This document shows, piece after piece, positions 28,810 to 38,579 of a stretch of DNA of 48,552 nt. The position numbers and the translations under genes were made by a program. The stretch's first letter is position 1. Every line of letters begins with the position of its first letter. The stretch comes from Bacteroidales bacterium (lineage in GTDB: Bacteria; Bacteroidota; Bacteroidia; Bacteroidales; UBA1556). The notes beneath the pieces are model-generated. The model was not told where the DNA came from, made no database searches, and was given only the letters and a program-made list of their open reading frames with translations. Location: positions 1-48,552 of the forward strand of contig JAFGWF010000092.1 of the NCBI GenBank assembly GCA_016937295.1, in the 5' to 3' direction.

Positions 28810-30903
28810 TTATTGCTTTTCAGGTTCGTCATCAGAGGAGGTGCCAATATCCGTTGAGGAATCATAATCGGTCGTGTCCGAATTTTCATCTTTCTTGTGA
28901 AGTCGTTTCTTTTGCGATGATAATTCCCTTATTTTCATGTCTTTAAGCTCTTTGTCCCGTCCGTTGTCAAAATTTCTCGGTCCAAATATTTCTTCGACGT
29001 CTTCATAGAAAATAACCTCATCAGAAAGAAGTTTTTGCGCCAACGATTCAAGCTTTTCTCTATTATCATTAAGTATTTTCAAGGCACGTTGGTAAGCTTT
29101 TTCCACAAGATCGTGGACTTCTTTATCAATAAGTTCCGCAGTTTTTTCGCTGTATGGTTTTGTGAAACTATACTCGGCCTGACCAGAGGAATCGTAATAA
29201 CTTATGTTTCCGATTTTGTCGTTTAAGCCAAAATAGGCAATAATGGCATAAGCTTGTTTGGTAACCCGCTCGAGGTCGTTCAGTGCTCCTGTGGATGATT
29301 TGCCAAAAATGATTTGCTCGGCAGCTCGTCCACCTAACAAGCTTGTCATCTCGTCAAACATCTGATCTAAAGTAGTTATCTGTCTTTCTTCGGGCAAATA
29401 CCACGCTGCCCCGAGCGCTCTGCCACGTGGGATAATTGTAACTTTTACCAAAGGACTGGCGTATTCTAAAAGCCAACTAACAGAAGCGTGGCCAGCTTCG
29501 TGGTGGGCAATAACGCTTTTTTCTAATTTGGTGATGATTTTGTTTCGTTTCTCCAAACCTCCAACAATACGATCGATAGCGTCTAAAAAATCCTGTTTGG
29601 TGATATTTTGTGAGTCGCGCCTTGCTGCAATCAAAGCAGCCTCGTTACAAACGTTAGCAATGTCGGCTCCTGAAAATCCGGGAGTTTGTTTGGCTAAAAG
29701 GCTAATGTCGATGTCGTTAGCCATTTTTAAAGGCTTTGTATGAACTTTAAAGATTTCTTGGCGTTCGTTCATGTCAGGCAATTCGACATGAATTTGACGG
29801 TCGAATCTTCCGGCACGCATAAGAGCTCGGTCGAGAACATCGGCGCGATTGGTGGCGGCAAGTATGATAACTCCTTGGTTTCCTTGAAAACCGTCCATTT
29901 CGGTAAGAAGCTGGTTGAGTGTGTTTTCTCTTTCATCATTTGCTCCTGTAAACTGGTTTTTTCCCCGTGCACGACCTATCGCATCAATTTCGTCAATAAA
30001 TATGATACACGGCGCTTTCTCTTTGGCTTGTTTGAAAAGGTCTCTTACGCGTGAAGCTCCCACACCAACAAACATTTCCACAAAGTCGCTGCCGCTGAGT
30101 GAGAAGAAAGGCACTTTTGCTTCACCGGCCACTGCCTTGGCAAGCAAGGTTTTACCTGTTCCGGGAGGGCCGACCAATAAGGCTCCTTTAGGTATTTTTC
30201 CGCCAAGATTGGTGTATTTTTTCGGATTTTTAAGGAAGTCAACAATTTCCATGATTTCCACTTTTGCTTCTTCTAATCCGGCTACATCCTTGAAAGTGAT
30301 GCTTACTTTATTGCCATCAAAGAGCTGCGCACGCGATTTGCCAATATTGAAAATCTGTCCGCCTCCGGGGCCTGCTCCGCCTGCCATGCGGCGCATTAGG
30401 AAAATATAAAAAAGGATAATCAGTCCGATAGGCAAGACCCAACCAAGTATCTGCCCCCAATAATTTACTCGGTTTTCACGACTTACATAAACTCGCTTGT
30501 CATCCGTTACCTTTACCTCGTCTTGAACTTTTTGAATACGCTCACCAAAGTTTTCTAAATCACCATTATAAACGAAAAATGGCTCTTGAGTTCCAATGGT
30601 AAATCCTTGTTTTTCTTTCAGTTCAGGATAGTCGCTTAGATATTCGCTTCGGATAAACACTTCCGCTGATTCGTCCTTGTTGATAACCACAATCTTCTTG
30701 GCATGACCTTTTTCTAAAATTGTTTTTAGCTTGCCCCATTGAATTGATTCTGTTGAACTTCCAGTATTGCTAAACATGGGAATCAGAATAAAAACTACGG
30801 CTATAATTGCGTAAATCCAATAAAAGCTAAATCCTTTATTGTTTTTGTTGTTGCCGTTGTTTTTTAGGGATGGTGGCGTCTTTTTATTTTGCTCAGTATT
30901 CAT
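28810..30903 (-). CDS. ftsH: ATP-dependent zinc metalloprotease FtsH
   Basis: Two TMs, [18 protein letters not shown] motif, HEAGH. Confidence 0.98.
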   Translation of the reverse strand: MNTEQNKKTPPSLKNNGNNKNNKGFSFYWIYAIIAVVFILIPMFSNTGSSTESIQWGKLKTILEKGHAKKIVVINKDESAEVFIRSEYLSDYPELKEKQGFTIGTQEPFFVYNGDLENFGERIQKVQDEVKVTDDKRVYVSRENRVNYWGQILGWVLPIGLIILFYIFLMRRMAGGAGPGGGQIFNIGKSRAQLFDGNKVSITFKDVAGLEEAKVEIMEIVDFLKNPKKYTNLGGKIPKGALLVGPPGTGKTLLAKAVAGEAKVPFFSLSGSDFVEMFVGVGASRVRDLFKQAKEKAPCIIFIDEIDAIGRARGKNQFTGANDERENTLNQLLTEMDGFQGNQGVIILAATNRADVLDRALMRAGRFDRQIHVELPDMNERQEIFKVHTKPLKMANDIDISLLAKQTPGFSGADIANVCNEAALIAARRDSQNITKQDFLDAIDRIVGGLEKRNKIITKLEKSVIAHHEAGHASVSWLLEYASPLVKVTIIPRGRALGAAWYLPEERQITTLDQMFDEMTSLLGGRAAEQIIFGKSSTGALNDLERVTKQAYAIIAYFGLNDKIGNISYYDSSGQAEYSFTKPYSEKTAELIDKEVHDLVEKAYQRALKILNDNREKLESLAQKLLSDEVIFYEDVEEIFGPRNFDNGRDKELKDMKIRELSSQKKRLHKKDENSDTTDYDSSTDIGTSSDDEPEKQ

Positions 30904-30937
30904 TTTTTGTTTTCTAAAAGAGTTGGTTTAACCAAAA

Positions 30938-31309
30938 TTAATTTAAATTTTCGTAGGTTGTGATTGTTGCATCGGACCAAAGTTTTTCCAATTTGAAAAA
31001 TTCCCGAGTTTCCGGTTTAAAAATGTGCACGACTACATCGTAGTAGTCTAAAAGCACCCATTCCATATTTTCTCTGCCTTCAATTCCTATGGGGTCTTCT
31101 TGCAATTTGGTTTTTACAAAACGGTCAACATTCTCATAAAGTGCATGTACTTGGGGTTTGGAATTGCCGGTACAAATCACAAAAAAATCAGCAACTGCCG
31201 ACTTTAAACTTCGCAAATCTATCACGGAAATATCGGAAGCTTTCTTGTCCTGCAATGCTTCTACTATCACTTGGGTTAATTCCGGTAAATCGTTATTCGT
31301 TTTATTCAT
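30938..31309 (-). CDS. rsfS: Ribosome silencing factor
   Basis: DKKA.DI, FVICTG.S, W.LLDY.DVVVH.F..R.F..LE.LW. Confidence 0.95.
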   Translation of the reverse strand: MNKTNNDLPELTQVIVEALQDKKASDISVIDLRSLKSAVADFFVICTGNSKPQVHALYENVDRFVKTKLQEDPIGIEGRENMEWVLLDYYDVVVHIFKPETREFFKLEKLWSDATITTYENLN

Positions 31310-31327
31310 TGAATTTAATTAGGTCGG

Positions 31328-31367
31328 CAAAAATACTAATTTTAACAATCGTTTATTGTTAATTTTG
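31328..31367. promoter_or_regulatory. Back-to-back -7 elements for rsfS-ftsH (minus) and birA-cpdB (plus)
   Basis: TATTTTTG on minus at 31328-31335; TAATTTTG on plus at 31360-31367. Confidence 0.55.
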
Positions 31368-31410
31368 CCAAATAATCACGTAGTTAAATCTACGTACCCT
31401 ATATGTTTCC

Positions 31411-32145
31411 ATGCGTTTTGATGTGAATTATTTTCCGGCATTAAACTCTACTAATGATTATCTGCAATCGTTGGTGCAAAAATCAGTGATTTATGAAGGT
31501 TTTGTTGCCTTTTGTGGTGAGCAGCTCAAGGGGCGTGGGTTAGGCTCTAATGTTTGGCAAAGTGCCGCAAATCAAAATTTGTTGTTCTCTGTCTTACTCC
31601 AACCTGTTTTTTTACCGGCTGTTTCGCAGTTTAAACTTTCGATGGCTGTGGCTTTGGGAATTCAACAAATGCTTTCTGAAGTTATTGATAATCAAGATTT
31701 TTACATTAAATGGCCTAATGATATTTATTGGAAAAAGAAGAAAATTGCCGGAATTCTTATTGAAAACTCTATTGCTGGCAATCAAATGAAAACGGCTATT
31801 GTCGGGGTCGGTCTGAACGTGAATCAGTTAGTTTTTTCTAACGCTATTCCAAATCCAACCTCAATGAAATGGATTGTTCAGCATGACTTTGACCTTATTT
31901 CAGTACTGAATATGGTATTAGATAAGTTGGATTTTTTTTACGAAATGTTGAAAAATAGTCCTCAAAAATTAGTTTCTCTTTATCATAAAAATTTGCTAAT
32001 GATAAACCAAAAGATGGTTTTTCGGAGCGATAATTCGTCTTTCGTAGGTGAAATTTTAGGTGTGGATGAATTTGGAAGATTGGTGATTTCCACTGAAATG
32101 GGTATAAAGGTTTTCGGATTTAAGGAGGTTGAATATGTATTTTAA
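31411..32145 (+). CDS. birA: Biotin-protein ligase (no HTH)
   Basis: STND, Q..GRG...N.W, IKWPND, KKIAGILIE, GVGLNVNQ. Confidence 0.95.
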   Translation: MRFDVNYFPALNSTNDYLQSLVQKSVIYEGFVAFCGEQLKGRGLGSNVWQSAANQNLLFSVLLQPVFLPAVSQFKLSMAVALGIQQMLSEVIDNQDFYIKWPNDIYWKKKKIAGILIENSIAGNQMKTAIVGVGLNVNQLVFSNAIPNPTSMKWIVQHDFDLISVLNMVLDKLDFFYEMLKNSPQKLVSLYHKNLLMINQKMVFRSDNSSFVGEILGVDEFGRLVISTEMGIKVFGFKEVEYVF

Positions 32146-32159
32146 TAAATGTACAGATT

Positions 32160-33920
32160 ATGAGATGTTTAGTGATTTTTGTAATCCTTGTTTCCATGTT
32201 TTCTTGTAAAAATGAATCTATGAAAAATAATAATATTGTAATTCGCTTGATTCAAACTACGGATGTGCATGGTGCAATTTTTCCGGACGATTTGCTTTCA
32301 GGGGAAAAGCGAGAGGGTTCATTGGCTCGGGTTTATAGCTATGTTCAAACACAAAGAGCGAATGATTCCCTTGAGGTGGTTTTGTTGGACAATGGCGATT
32401 TGCTTCAAGGAGATCCGGTAGTTTATTATTACAACTTTATGAATCGCGATTCGGTTCATTTGTTGGCTCGAGTGATGAATTATATGGAGTATGATGCGGC
32501 ATCTGTTGGTAATCACGACATTGAAGCCGGTCACGAGGTTTATGATGCGTTTCGAGAAAACCTTCATTTCGATTGGCTTGCAGCAAATGCAGTGGATGAA
32601 TCAACAGGTAAACCTTATTTTAAGCCTTACACTATCCTTGATCGTCAGGGGATTAAAATTGCGGTTTTAGGATTGATTACTCCGTCAATTCCTAATTGGC
32701 TTCCGCCGTCAACATACTCTGGAATGCACTTCGACGACATGATTGAGTCGGCAAAATTTTGGGTCAACGAAATTCGACAAAAGGAAAACCCGGATGCTAT
32801 AGTTGGTTTGTTTCACTCAGGACTCAATGCGTCTTATGGGGGAGGAAATCCTAATGAAAAGTTCAATGAAAACGCCTCAATGTTAGTGGCGGAGCAAGTT
32901 CCGGGTCTGGATGTGGTTTTTGCCGGACACGATCACCGTGTTGCTAATTTACGGGTAAAAAACATTGAAGGTGATACGGTTGTGGTTATTAACCCCGGCG
33001 CTTATGCAATGAATGTCGGACAAGTGGATTTATCCTTCCGCTGGAATTCTAAACTGTCGAACTATGAGCTTGAAAAATCAGGATCGATTGTTTCAATGAC
33101 CAACCTTAAACCGGATAGTACTTTTCTGTACCTATTTAATCTTGACTTAGAGGCCGTTCGTAAATATGTAAAACAACCTATTGGTCGTCTTTTGCGAAAG
33201 ATTGACGCCAGTCAATCGTTATTTGGTTCCTCGGCTGCTGTGGATATTGTGCACACTGGGCAACTTGAGCTGTCTAATGCCGATTTATCCTTGGCTTCTC
33301 CTTTTTATATGGATTATCAGTTGGATACCGGTATGCTTTTTATGAAAGATATGTTCCGACTCTATCGCTTCGAGAACTACCTTTATGTGTTGGAAATGAG
33401 CGGTTTGGAGTTTAAAAATGCTTTGGAGTATTCTTATGATAAATGGATTAAGACTATGAAATCGGCTGATGATATAATGTTTCAATTGGCGGAGGATGAA
33501 TCTGGTGTTTTGAAATTAAATGACCGAGGAAAGTATTTCCTTAAAAATCCATTCTATAATTTCGACTCCGGTGGGGGATTAATTTATACGGTTGATTTAA
33601 CCGAGAACTTTGGAAGTCGAATCAAGATTATTAGTTTATCCAATGGAAAACCTTTTGATTTATCGGGGAAATACAAGGTAGCCATGAATTCTTACCGAGC
33701 CAATGGCGGAGGAAACATACTCACCGATGGAGCCGGAATTCAAAAAAAGGATTTAAGTAAACGGATTTTAACTACCGCCCCCCACGACTTTCGATTGATG
33801 CTATCTGACTGGATAATTTCTAAAAGAAAAATAGATGGTAAACCGACTAATAATTGGAAATTTATTCCCGAAAACTTTGCTGAAAAAGGAAAATTGAACT
33901 ATTTATTGGTTCGGTACTAA
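32160..33920 (+). CDS. cpdB: 2',3'-cyclic-nucleotide 2'-phosphodiesterase / 5'-nucleotidase family lipoprotein
   Basis: Lipobox FSC; TTDVHG; DNGD.LQG; GNHD; GHDH; NSYRANGGG. Confidence 0.85.
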   Translation: MRCLVIFVILVSMFSCKNESMKNNNIVIRLIQTTDVHGAIFPDDLLSGEKREGSLARVYSYVQTQRANDSLEVVLLDNGDLLQGDPVVYYYNFMNRDSVHLLARVMNYMEYDAASVGNHDIEAGHEVYDAFRENLHFDWLAANAVDESTGKPYFKPYTILDRQGIKIAVLGLITPSIPNWLPPSTYSGMHFDDMIESAKFWVNEIRQKENPDAIVGLFHSGLNASYGGGNPNEKFNENASMLVAEQVPGLDVVFAGHDHRVANLRVKNIEGDTVVVINPGAYAMNVGQVDLSFRWNSKLSNYELEKSGSIVSMTNLKPDSTFLYLFNLDLEAVRKYVKQPIGRLLRKIDASQSLFGSSAAVDIVHTGQLELSNADLSLASPFYMDYQLDTGMLFMKDMFRLYRFENYLYVLEMSGLEFKNALEYSYDKWIKTMKSADDIMFQLAEDESGVLKLNDRGKYFLKNPFYNFDSGGGLIYTVDLTENFGSRIKIISLSNGKPFDLSGKYKVAMNSYRANGGGNILTDGAGIQKKDLSKRILTTAPHDFRLMLSDWIISKRKIDGKPTNNWKFIPENFAEKGKLNYLLVRY

Positions 33921-34086
33921 TTTGCCTTATTTCCTGGGAGACGTTCCAAATATTGGAATTTTAATTTCCCAAAATGAATCCAATTTTTATAAGCGCTTTG
34001 TTTATAGTGCTGTTTATCAATGATATATATTTTGAATAAAAGCGGTGTATGGTTTGCTTCATGGCATTAGGTTAAATTTTATTGCT

Positions 34087-35388
34087 ATGAAACAGATTTT
34101 ATTCACAATTGCATTTTTAGTTCTAATTCTGAGTTTTTCCAACAATTCAGGTTTTTCTCAAACGAATAGGGCTTTATATTTTGATGGCGTTGACTCTTAT
34201 TCTCAAGCCCCAAATTCTAATAGTTTGAACTTTAATAATCAGCTTACTGTGATGGTTTGGGTGAAAACATTGGATAACCGTACAGCCAAATTAGTTGAAA
34301 AGGAAACTTGGACTAGTGGCTGGACCATGGACCAGGACAAATGGAACGGATGGCAGGCCGGTTTTGTTGATGCTGATGGCAACGGTTATTCCCTTCAATG
34401 GGGCGATGGAATTCCGGTTTTTGGGAAATGGTATCACATTGCCCTAACCTACGATGGCGCTGTTTTGAAACTCTATGTGGATGGGATTCTGAAAAACTCT
34501 GTCTCGGTTGCTACAACCATAAAACTGAATTCGGTTCCCGTGTCGTTTGGCTCCGATAATGGCTCCCAAAAATTTTTCAAAGGTGCTATTGATGAAGTGC
34601 AAATCTGGAATACCGCATTAAATGAGGTTGAGATTGATGCCATAAAAGATAATTATTTGACCTCTACAAATCTACCATCATCACTCGACTGGTCTGATTT
34701 AAAAGCATATTGGAGCTTCGATGAAGCAACCGAATCATACCTGATTGAGGATAAATCAGATTATTCAAATGATGGCGAATTGTATAATATGAATCCAATG
34801 GTGGATAGAATTGAGTCGGATATTTTTGACTCTGAAAATTCAACGCTCCCCGTAAGTTTAAACGATTTTTCGGGCTATGCCCAAGGCCAATCTGTGGTAT
34901 TGAGCTGGACTACGTTGATGGAACTCAACAACGATAAATTTATTTTGGAATATTCCATAAATGGTTTTTCATTCGAAACGGTGGCCGAAATTGCCGGAGC
35001 CGGATATTCAAACGTGCCTATTAGTTATGATTTTGTTGATGTTTTGCGCGGTGATTTGGTTTACTATCGTCTCAAACAAATGGATTTTGATGGAAAAACT
35101 ACCATTTCTTCAACAGTGACAGTAAGCAATTCAAAAATGGATTTTTTGGCATTAGATAGGATTTCAGTAATTGAAAATCAGATTAATGTAATATTTAATC
35201 GACCAATTGAATCTTCATATAGTCTGGAGATTTTCGATTTGAGTGGCCGAATTTTAATGACGACCTCCAACTTTTCCAACGATACACAAATTCAGATTCC
35301 TATGTCAGATTTTAATCATAACGCTTTTGTTATTGTACGAATTACAATTAAAGGTGAGGTTTACACTAAAAAATTGATTGTCAATTAA
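34087..35388 (+). CDS. LamG-like jelly-roll protein, T9SS cargo
   Basis: ALYFDGVD, TV..WVK, WYHIALTYDG..LKLYVDG, FKGAIDEVQIWN, TLPVSL domain, CTD; ORF track start 34045. Confidence 0.88.
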   Translation: MKQILFTIAFLVLILSFSNNSGFSQTNRALYFDGVDSYSQAPNSNSLNFNNQLTVMVWVKTLDNRTAKLVEKETWTSGWTMDQDKWNGWQAGFVDADGNGYSLQWGDGIPVFGKWYHIALTYDGAVLKLYVDGILKNSVSVATTIKLNSVPVSFGSDNGSQKFFKGAIDEVQIWNTALNEVEIDAIKDNYLTSTNLPSSLDWSDLKAYWSFDEATESYLIEDKSDYSNDGELYNMNPMVDRIESDIFDSENSTLPVSLNDFSGYAQGQSVVLSWTTLMELNNDKFILEYSINGFSFETVAEIAGAGYSNVPISYDFVDVLRGDLVYYRLKQMDFDGKTTISSTVTVSNSKMDFLALDRISVIENQINVIFNRPIESSYSLEIFDLSGRILMTTSNFSNDTQIQIPMSDFNHNAFVIVRITIKGEVYTKKLIVN

Positions 35389-35391
35389 TTA

Positions 35392-35814
35392 TTATTTGAT
35401 TCTGAAGTTGAAAGTTTTGCTTTGTTTTTTTCTGGTAAAATAGAGCATAGCGTAATAGGGTACCAACATTCCAATAGCAGTAAGTCCTGAAACGCCTTCG
35501 CTAAAACCTAAAAATTGCATGATGATTACAGAAAATAATATTACTAAAAATGGAATAAAATAACCCAAAATGACCGCTTTTGCCCCCATTCCAACATTTA
35601 AAACCACAGTCACAAGGTCGTTTGTTTTGAAATTTCTCCCGTCAATATGTGCTACTTCAACAATTTTTTCTTCTACGTCTCCTACTGAGCATGAGCCCTT
35701 TACCGAACACGAAACACAAGCGGATTGACTGACGATTGCAATAGTTATTTTTTCGTTGTCAATGCCAATAATTCGACCTAAATGTTCAATGGTGTTGGGA
35801 GCTTCTTTACTCAT
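35392..35814 (-). CDS. rseC: RseC/MucC-family membrane protein
   Basis: IEH.G.I, SACVSCSVKGSC, two C-terminal TMs; start moved from TTG 35838, which overlaps the -7 element at 35836-35843. Confidence 0.88.
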   Translation of the reverse strand: MSKEAPNTIEHLGRIIGIDNEKITIAIVSQSACVSCSVKGSCSVGDVEEKIVEVAHIDGRNFKTNDLVTVVLNVGMGAKAVILGYFIPFLVILFSVIIMQFLGFSEGVSGLTAIGMLVPYYAMLYFTRKKQSKTFNFRIK

Positions 35815-35953
35815 AGAATCTAAATTTAAGAAATGCAAAAGTACAATTTATCGCTTTACTATCCCTTCTCTATATGGTTAATCTTTCATGGATAATTTGT
35901 CAATAGTTGGTTTGATATTTTGCTAAAAAAGGTCATTTTAATAGAAAAATGAA

Positions 35954-35972
35954 ATTTAGAATGAGTTTAAAT
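35954..35972. promoter_or_regulatory. Fur-box-like site 1
   Basis: ATTTAGAATGAGTTTAAAT: 16/19 match to ATTTAGAATTATTCTAAAT, the palindrome I recall as the Riemerella Fur box. Confidence 0.5.
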
Positions 35973-36016
35973 AAAAGTGTATCTATCACTATATCAGTGA
36001 TTAAGAGATATTTTTT

Positions 36017-36035
36017 ATTTAGAATTGTTTTAAGT
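36017..36035. promoter_or_regulatory. Fur-box-like site 2
   Basis: ATTTAGAATTGTTTTAAGT: 16/19 match to the same palindrome. Confidence 0.5.
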
Positions 36036-36118
36036 AAGATAGTAATTAACTTGTATTCAATCATATATAGGTCATTTGTCTTTAGAATCTAAGAACTTGA
36101 ATATAAGGAAGTTGTTAT

Positions 36119-36126
36119 TATTTTTG
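36119..36126 (+). promoter_or_regulatory. Bacteroidetes -7 element (TATTTTTG) for the rnf operon
   Basis: TAnnTTTG 30 nt before GTG 36157. Confidence 0.55.
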
Positions 36127-36156
36127 CAGCACATTAACCCAATAAATTATCATACA

Positions 36157-37191
36157 GTGGATAGTGGAATAATAACAGCTCTAGTAACGTTATCAGCCAT
36201 TGGGGCAGTAGCCGCAGTGGTTTTATATTTTATAGCTCAAAAGTTTAAGGTCATTGAAGACCCACGGATAGATGATGTAACGGATGCTTTGCCCGGTGCC
36301 AATTGCGGTGGTTGCGGCTATGCAGGCTGTCGCGCATTTGCTGAAGCGATGGTTAAAGAAGGCACTATGGAAGGCTTCTTTTGTCCGGTAGGTGGAAATG
36401 ACTTGATGAAAAGCCTCTCGCCTTTACTTGGTGTGGAAGCGGTGGAGAAGAAACCTCAAATTGCCGTCTTGCGATGCAACGGTTCTGTGAAGAATTCTCC
36501 TGCAAAATATAATTATGATGGACCAAAAAATTGCACTTTTACCCATACTCTTTCATCAGGAGAAGGTGGCTGCATGTTTGGCTGTCTTGGTGGAGGTGAA
36601 TGCGTTGACGCCTGTGATTTTGATGCAATGTATATGGATCCTGAAACCGGTTTGCCGGTCGTAAAAGACAATTGTGTGGCTTGTAATGCCTGTGTTTTGG
36701 CTTGTCCGCGCGACCTTCTCGAATTGCGCAATCGTGGTCCAAAAGACAAACGAATTTTTGTTGCGTGCATGAATCAGGAAAAAGGCGGTCCGGCGAAGAA
36801 AAACTGTAGCGTTGCCTGTATTGGTTGTGCAGCTTGTTTCAAAGTATGTCCTCACGATGCCATAACCATGAATAATAATTTGGCATATATCGACTACGAA
36901 AAATGCACGCTTTGCCGAAAATGTGTGGAGGTTTGTCCTACGGATGCTATTCATGAAATCAATTTCAAACCCAGACCTCCAAAGGCAGAAGTAACCAAAG
37001 GGGATGAACCTAAAAAGGCACCTGTTAAAAAGGCTGTTGTGGTTGAGGAAGGTGCAGCACCTGCTCCAAGACCGGCAAAAGAACCTCGTGCCGAATCAAC
37101 GGAAGTAGCCATTGAAAAACCAAAAGCAACTTCCACAACTTCCGAAAAAAAGGAAGAAAATAAATCTGAAAATCAAAATAACAATCAATAA
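36157..37191 (+). CDS. rnfB: Rnf complex subunit B (polyferredoxin)
   Basis: TM, LPGANCGGCGYAGC, multiple CxxCxxCxxxCP motifs, low-complexity tail; ORF track start 36076. Confidence 0.95.
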   Translation: MDSGIITALVTLSAIGAVAAVVLYFIAQKFKVIEDPRIDDVTDALPGANCGGCGYAGCRAFAEAMVKEGTMEGFFCPVGGNDLMKSLSPLLGVEAVEKKPQIAVLRCNGSVKNSPAKYNYDGPKNCTFTHTLSSGEGGCMFGCLGGGECVDACDFDAMYMDPETGLPVVKDNCVACNACVLACPRDLLELRNRGPKDKRIFVACMNQEKGGPAKKNCSVACIGCAACFKVCPHDAITMNNNLAYIDYEKCTLCRKCVEVCPTDAIHEINFKPRPPKAEVTKGDEPKKAPVKKAVVVEEGAAPAPRPAKEPRAESTEVAIEKPKATSTTSEKKEENKSENQNNNQ

Positions 37192-37204
37192 AACGGAGAA
37201 TACT

Positions 37205-38539
37205 ATGTTGAAAACCTTTAGAATTGGCGGTGTTCATCCAAAAGAAAATAAGATGTCGGCCACAGCGCCCATTGAAGTAATGGAACATCCAAAAAGAGCA
37301 GTAGTGCCTGTTTCTCAACATCTTGGAGTTCCGGCCAAAGCTCTCGTAAAAAAGGGAGATTTTGTTAAGACAGGGCAGATGATAGCCAAAGGTGAAGCTT
37401 TCATTTCGGCAAATGTGCACTCGCCTTTCACCGGAAAAGTTTTTAAGGTTGAAGAAACGTTAGATTCAACCGGTTTCCGCCGTATGGCTGTCATTATCGA
37501 TGTGGAGCCTGACCAATGGATGGAAGGCATTGATTTAAAAACTGAAATAAAGCGTGATATTGACCTGTCGCCGGAGGAAATCGTGAAAAAAATCCATGAA
37601 AATGGCATCGTTGGCATGGGTGGCGCTACTTTTCCTACTCATGTAAAGTACATGGTTCCGGAAGGAAAAAAGGTGGAATACCTTATAATTAATGGCGTAG
37701 AGTGTGAGCCTTATCTCACTTCCGATCATCGACTTATGCTTGAAAAAGGGGAGGAAATGATGATTGGTATTGCCATTTTGATGAAGGGACTCAAAGTGAA
37801 TAAATGTATCATTGGTGTTGAAAATAATAAACCGGATGCCATTGCTCTCCTTAAGGATATTGCTTTGAAATATCAAGGGATTACGGTTGAGCCTCTTAAA
37901 GTGCAGTATCCGCAAGGCGGTGAAAAACAACTGATTGACGCGGTTCTGCGCCGTCAAGTGCCGGCAGGTAAACTTCCTCTTGATGTAGGTTGTGTCGTAA
38001 ATAATGTGGGAACTTGTTTCGCCGTTTATGAAGCTGTTCAAAAGAACAAACCTCTCATTGAACGTATCGTGACAGTTACCGGAAAACCGGTTAAAAAACC
38101 GTCCAATTTTTTGGTTCGTATTGGAACACCGGTGGATATGCTGCTCTCTAAAGCTGAAGCAGACGTTGAAGCTTCCGGTAAAATAATCAATGGCGGTCCG
38201 ATGATGGGAAAAGCTTTAGTAACCACAGATGTTCCTGTTACTAAAGGAACTTCCGGAATTTTGCTTATGGAAATAGCTGAATCGAACAGGAAAGAAGAGC
38301 AAAATTGTATTCGTTGTTCCAAGTGTACAACGGTTTGTCCTCAAGGATTAGAGCCACATTTGCTAAAAGTTCTTGGCAAACGAATGGATGCTGAGGCTTG
38401 TGAAGTGGAACGTATCATGGATTGTATTGAATGCGGAAGTTGTGTTTATACCTGCCCTGCTCAAATTCCTCTTCTCGACTATATCCGCATTGGAAAAGCA
38501 AAAACCGGTGCTATGATTCGCAACAGGAGTCGAAAATAA
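37205..38539 (+). CDS. rnfC: Rnf complex subunit C
   Basis: GGVHP, QHLG.PA, GIVGMGGATFPT, NGVECEPYLTSD, YPQGGEKQ, two 4Fe-4S motifs; ORF track start 37112. Confidence 0.97.
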   Translation: MLKTFRIGGVHPKENKMSATAPIEVMEHPKRAVVPVSQHLGVPAKALVKKGDFVKTGQMIAKGEAFISANVHSPFTGKVFKVEETLDSTGFRRMAVIIDVEPDQWMEGIDLKTEIKRDIDLSPEEIVKKIHENGIVGMGGATFPTHVKYMVPEGKKVEYLIINGVECEPYLTSDHRLMLEKGEEMMIGIAILMKGLKVNKCIIGVENNKPDAIALLKDIALKYQGITVEPLKVQYPQGGEKQLIDAVLRRQVPAGKLPLDVGCVVNNVGTCFAVYEAVQKNKPLIERIVTVTGKPVKKPSNFLVRIGTPVDMLLSKAEADVEASGKIINGGPMMGKALVTTDVPVTKGTSGILLMEIAESNRKEEQNCIRCSKCTTVCPQGLEPHLLKVLGKRMDAEACEVERIMDCIECGSCVYTCPAQIPLLDYIRIGKAKTGAMIRNRSRK

Positions 38540-38579
38540 TATGAAAGTAATTATTTAAACAATAGTTAAAAATAAAGAT

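Noticed and set aside
33944-33958. TTCCAA-ATA-TTGGAA hairpin after cpdB
   Set aside because: Weak 6-bp AT-rich stem; may be a terminator but too weak to call
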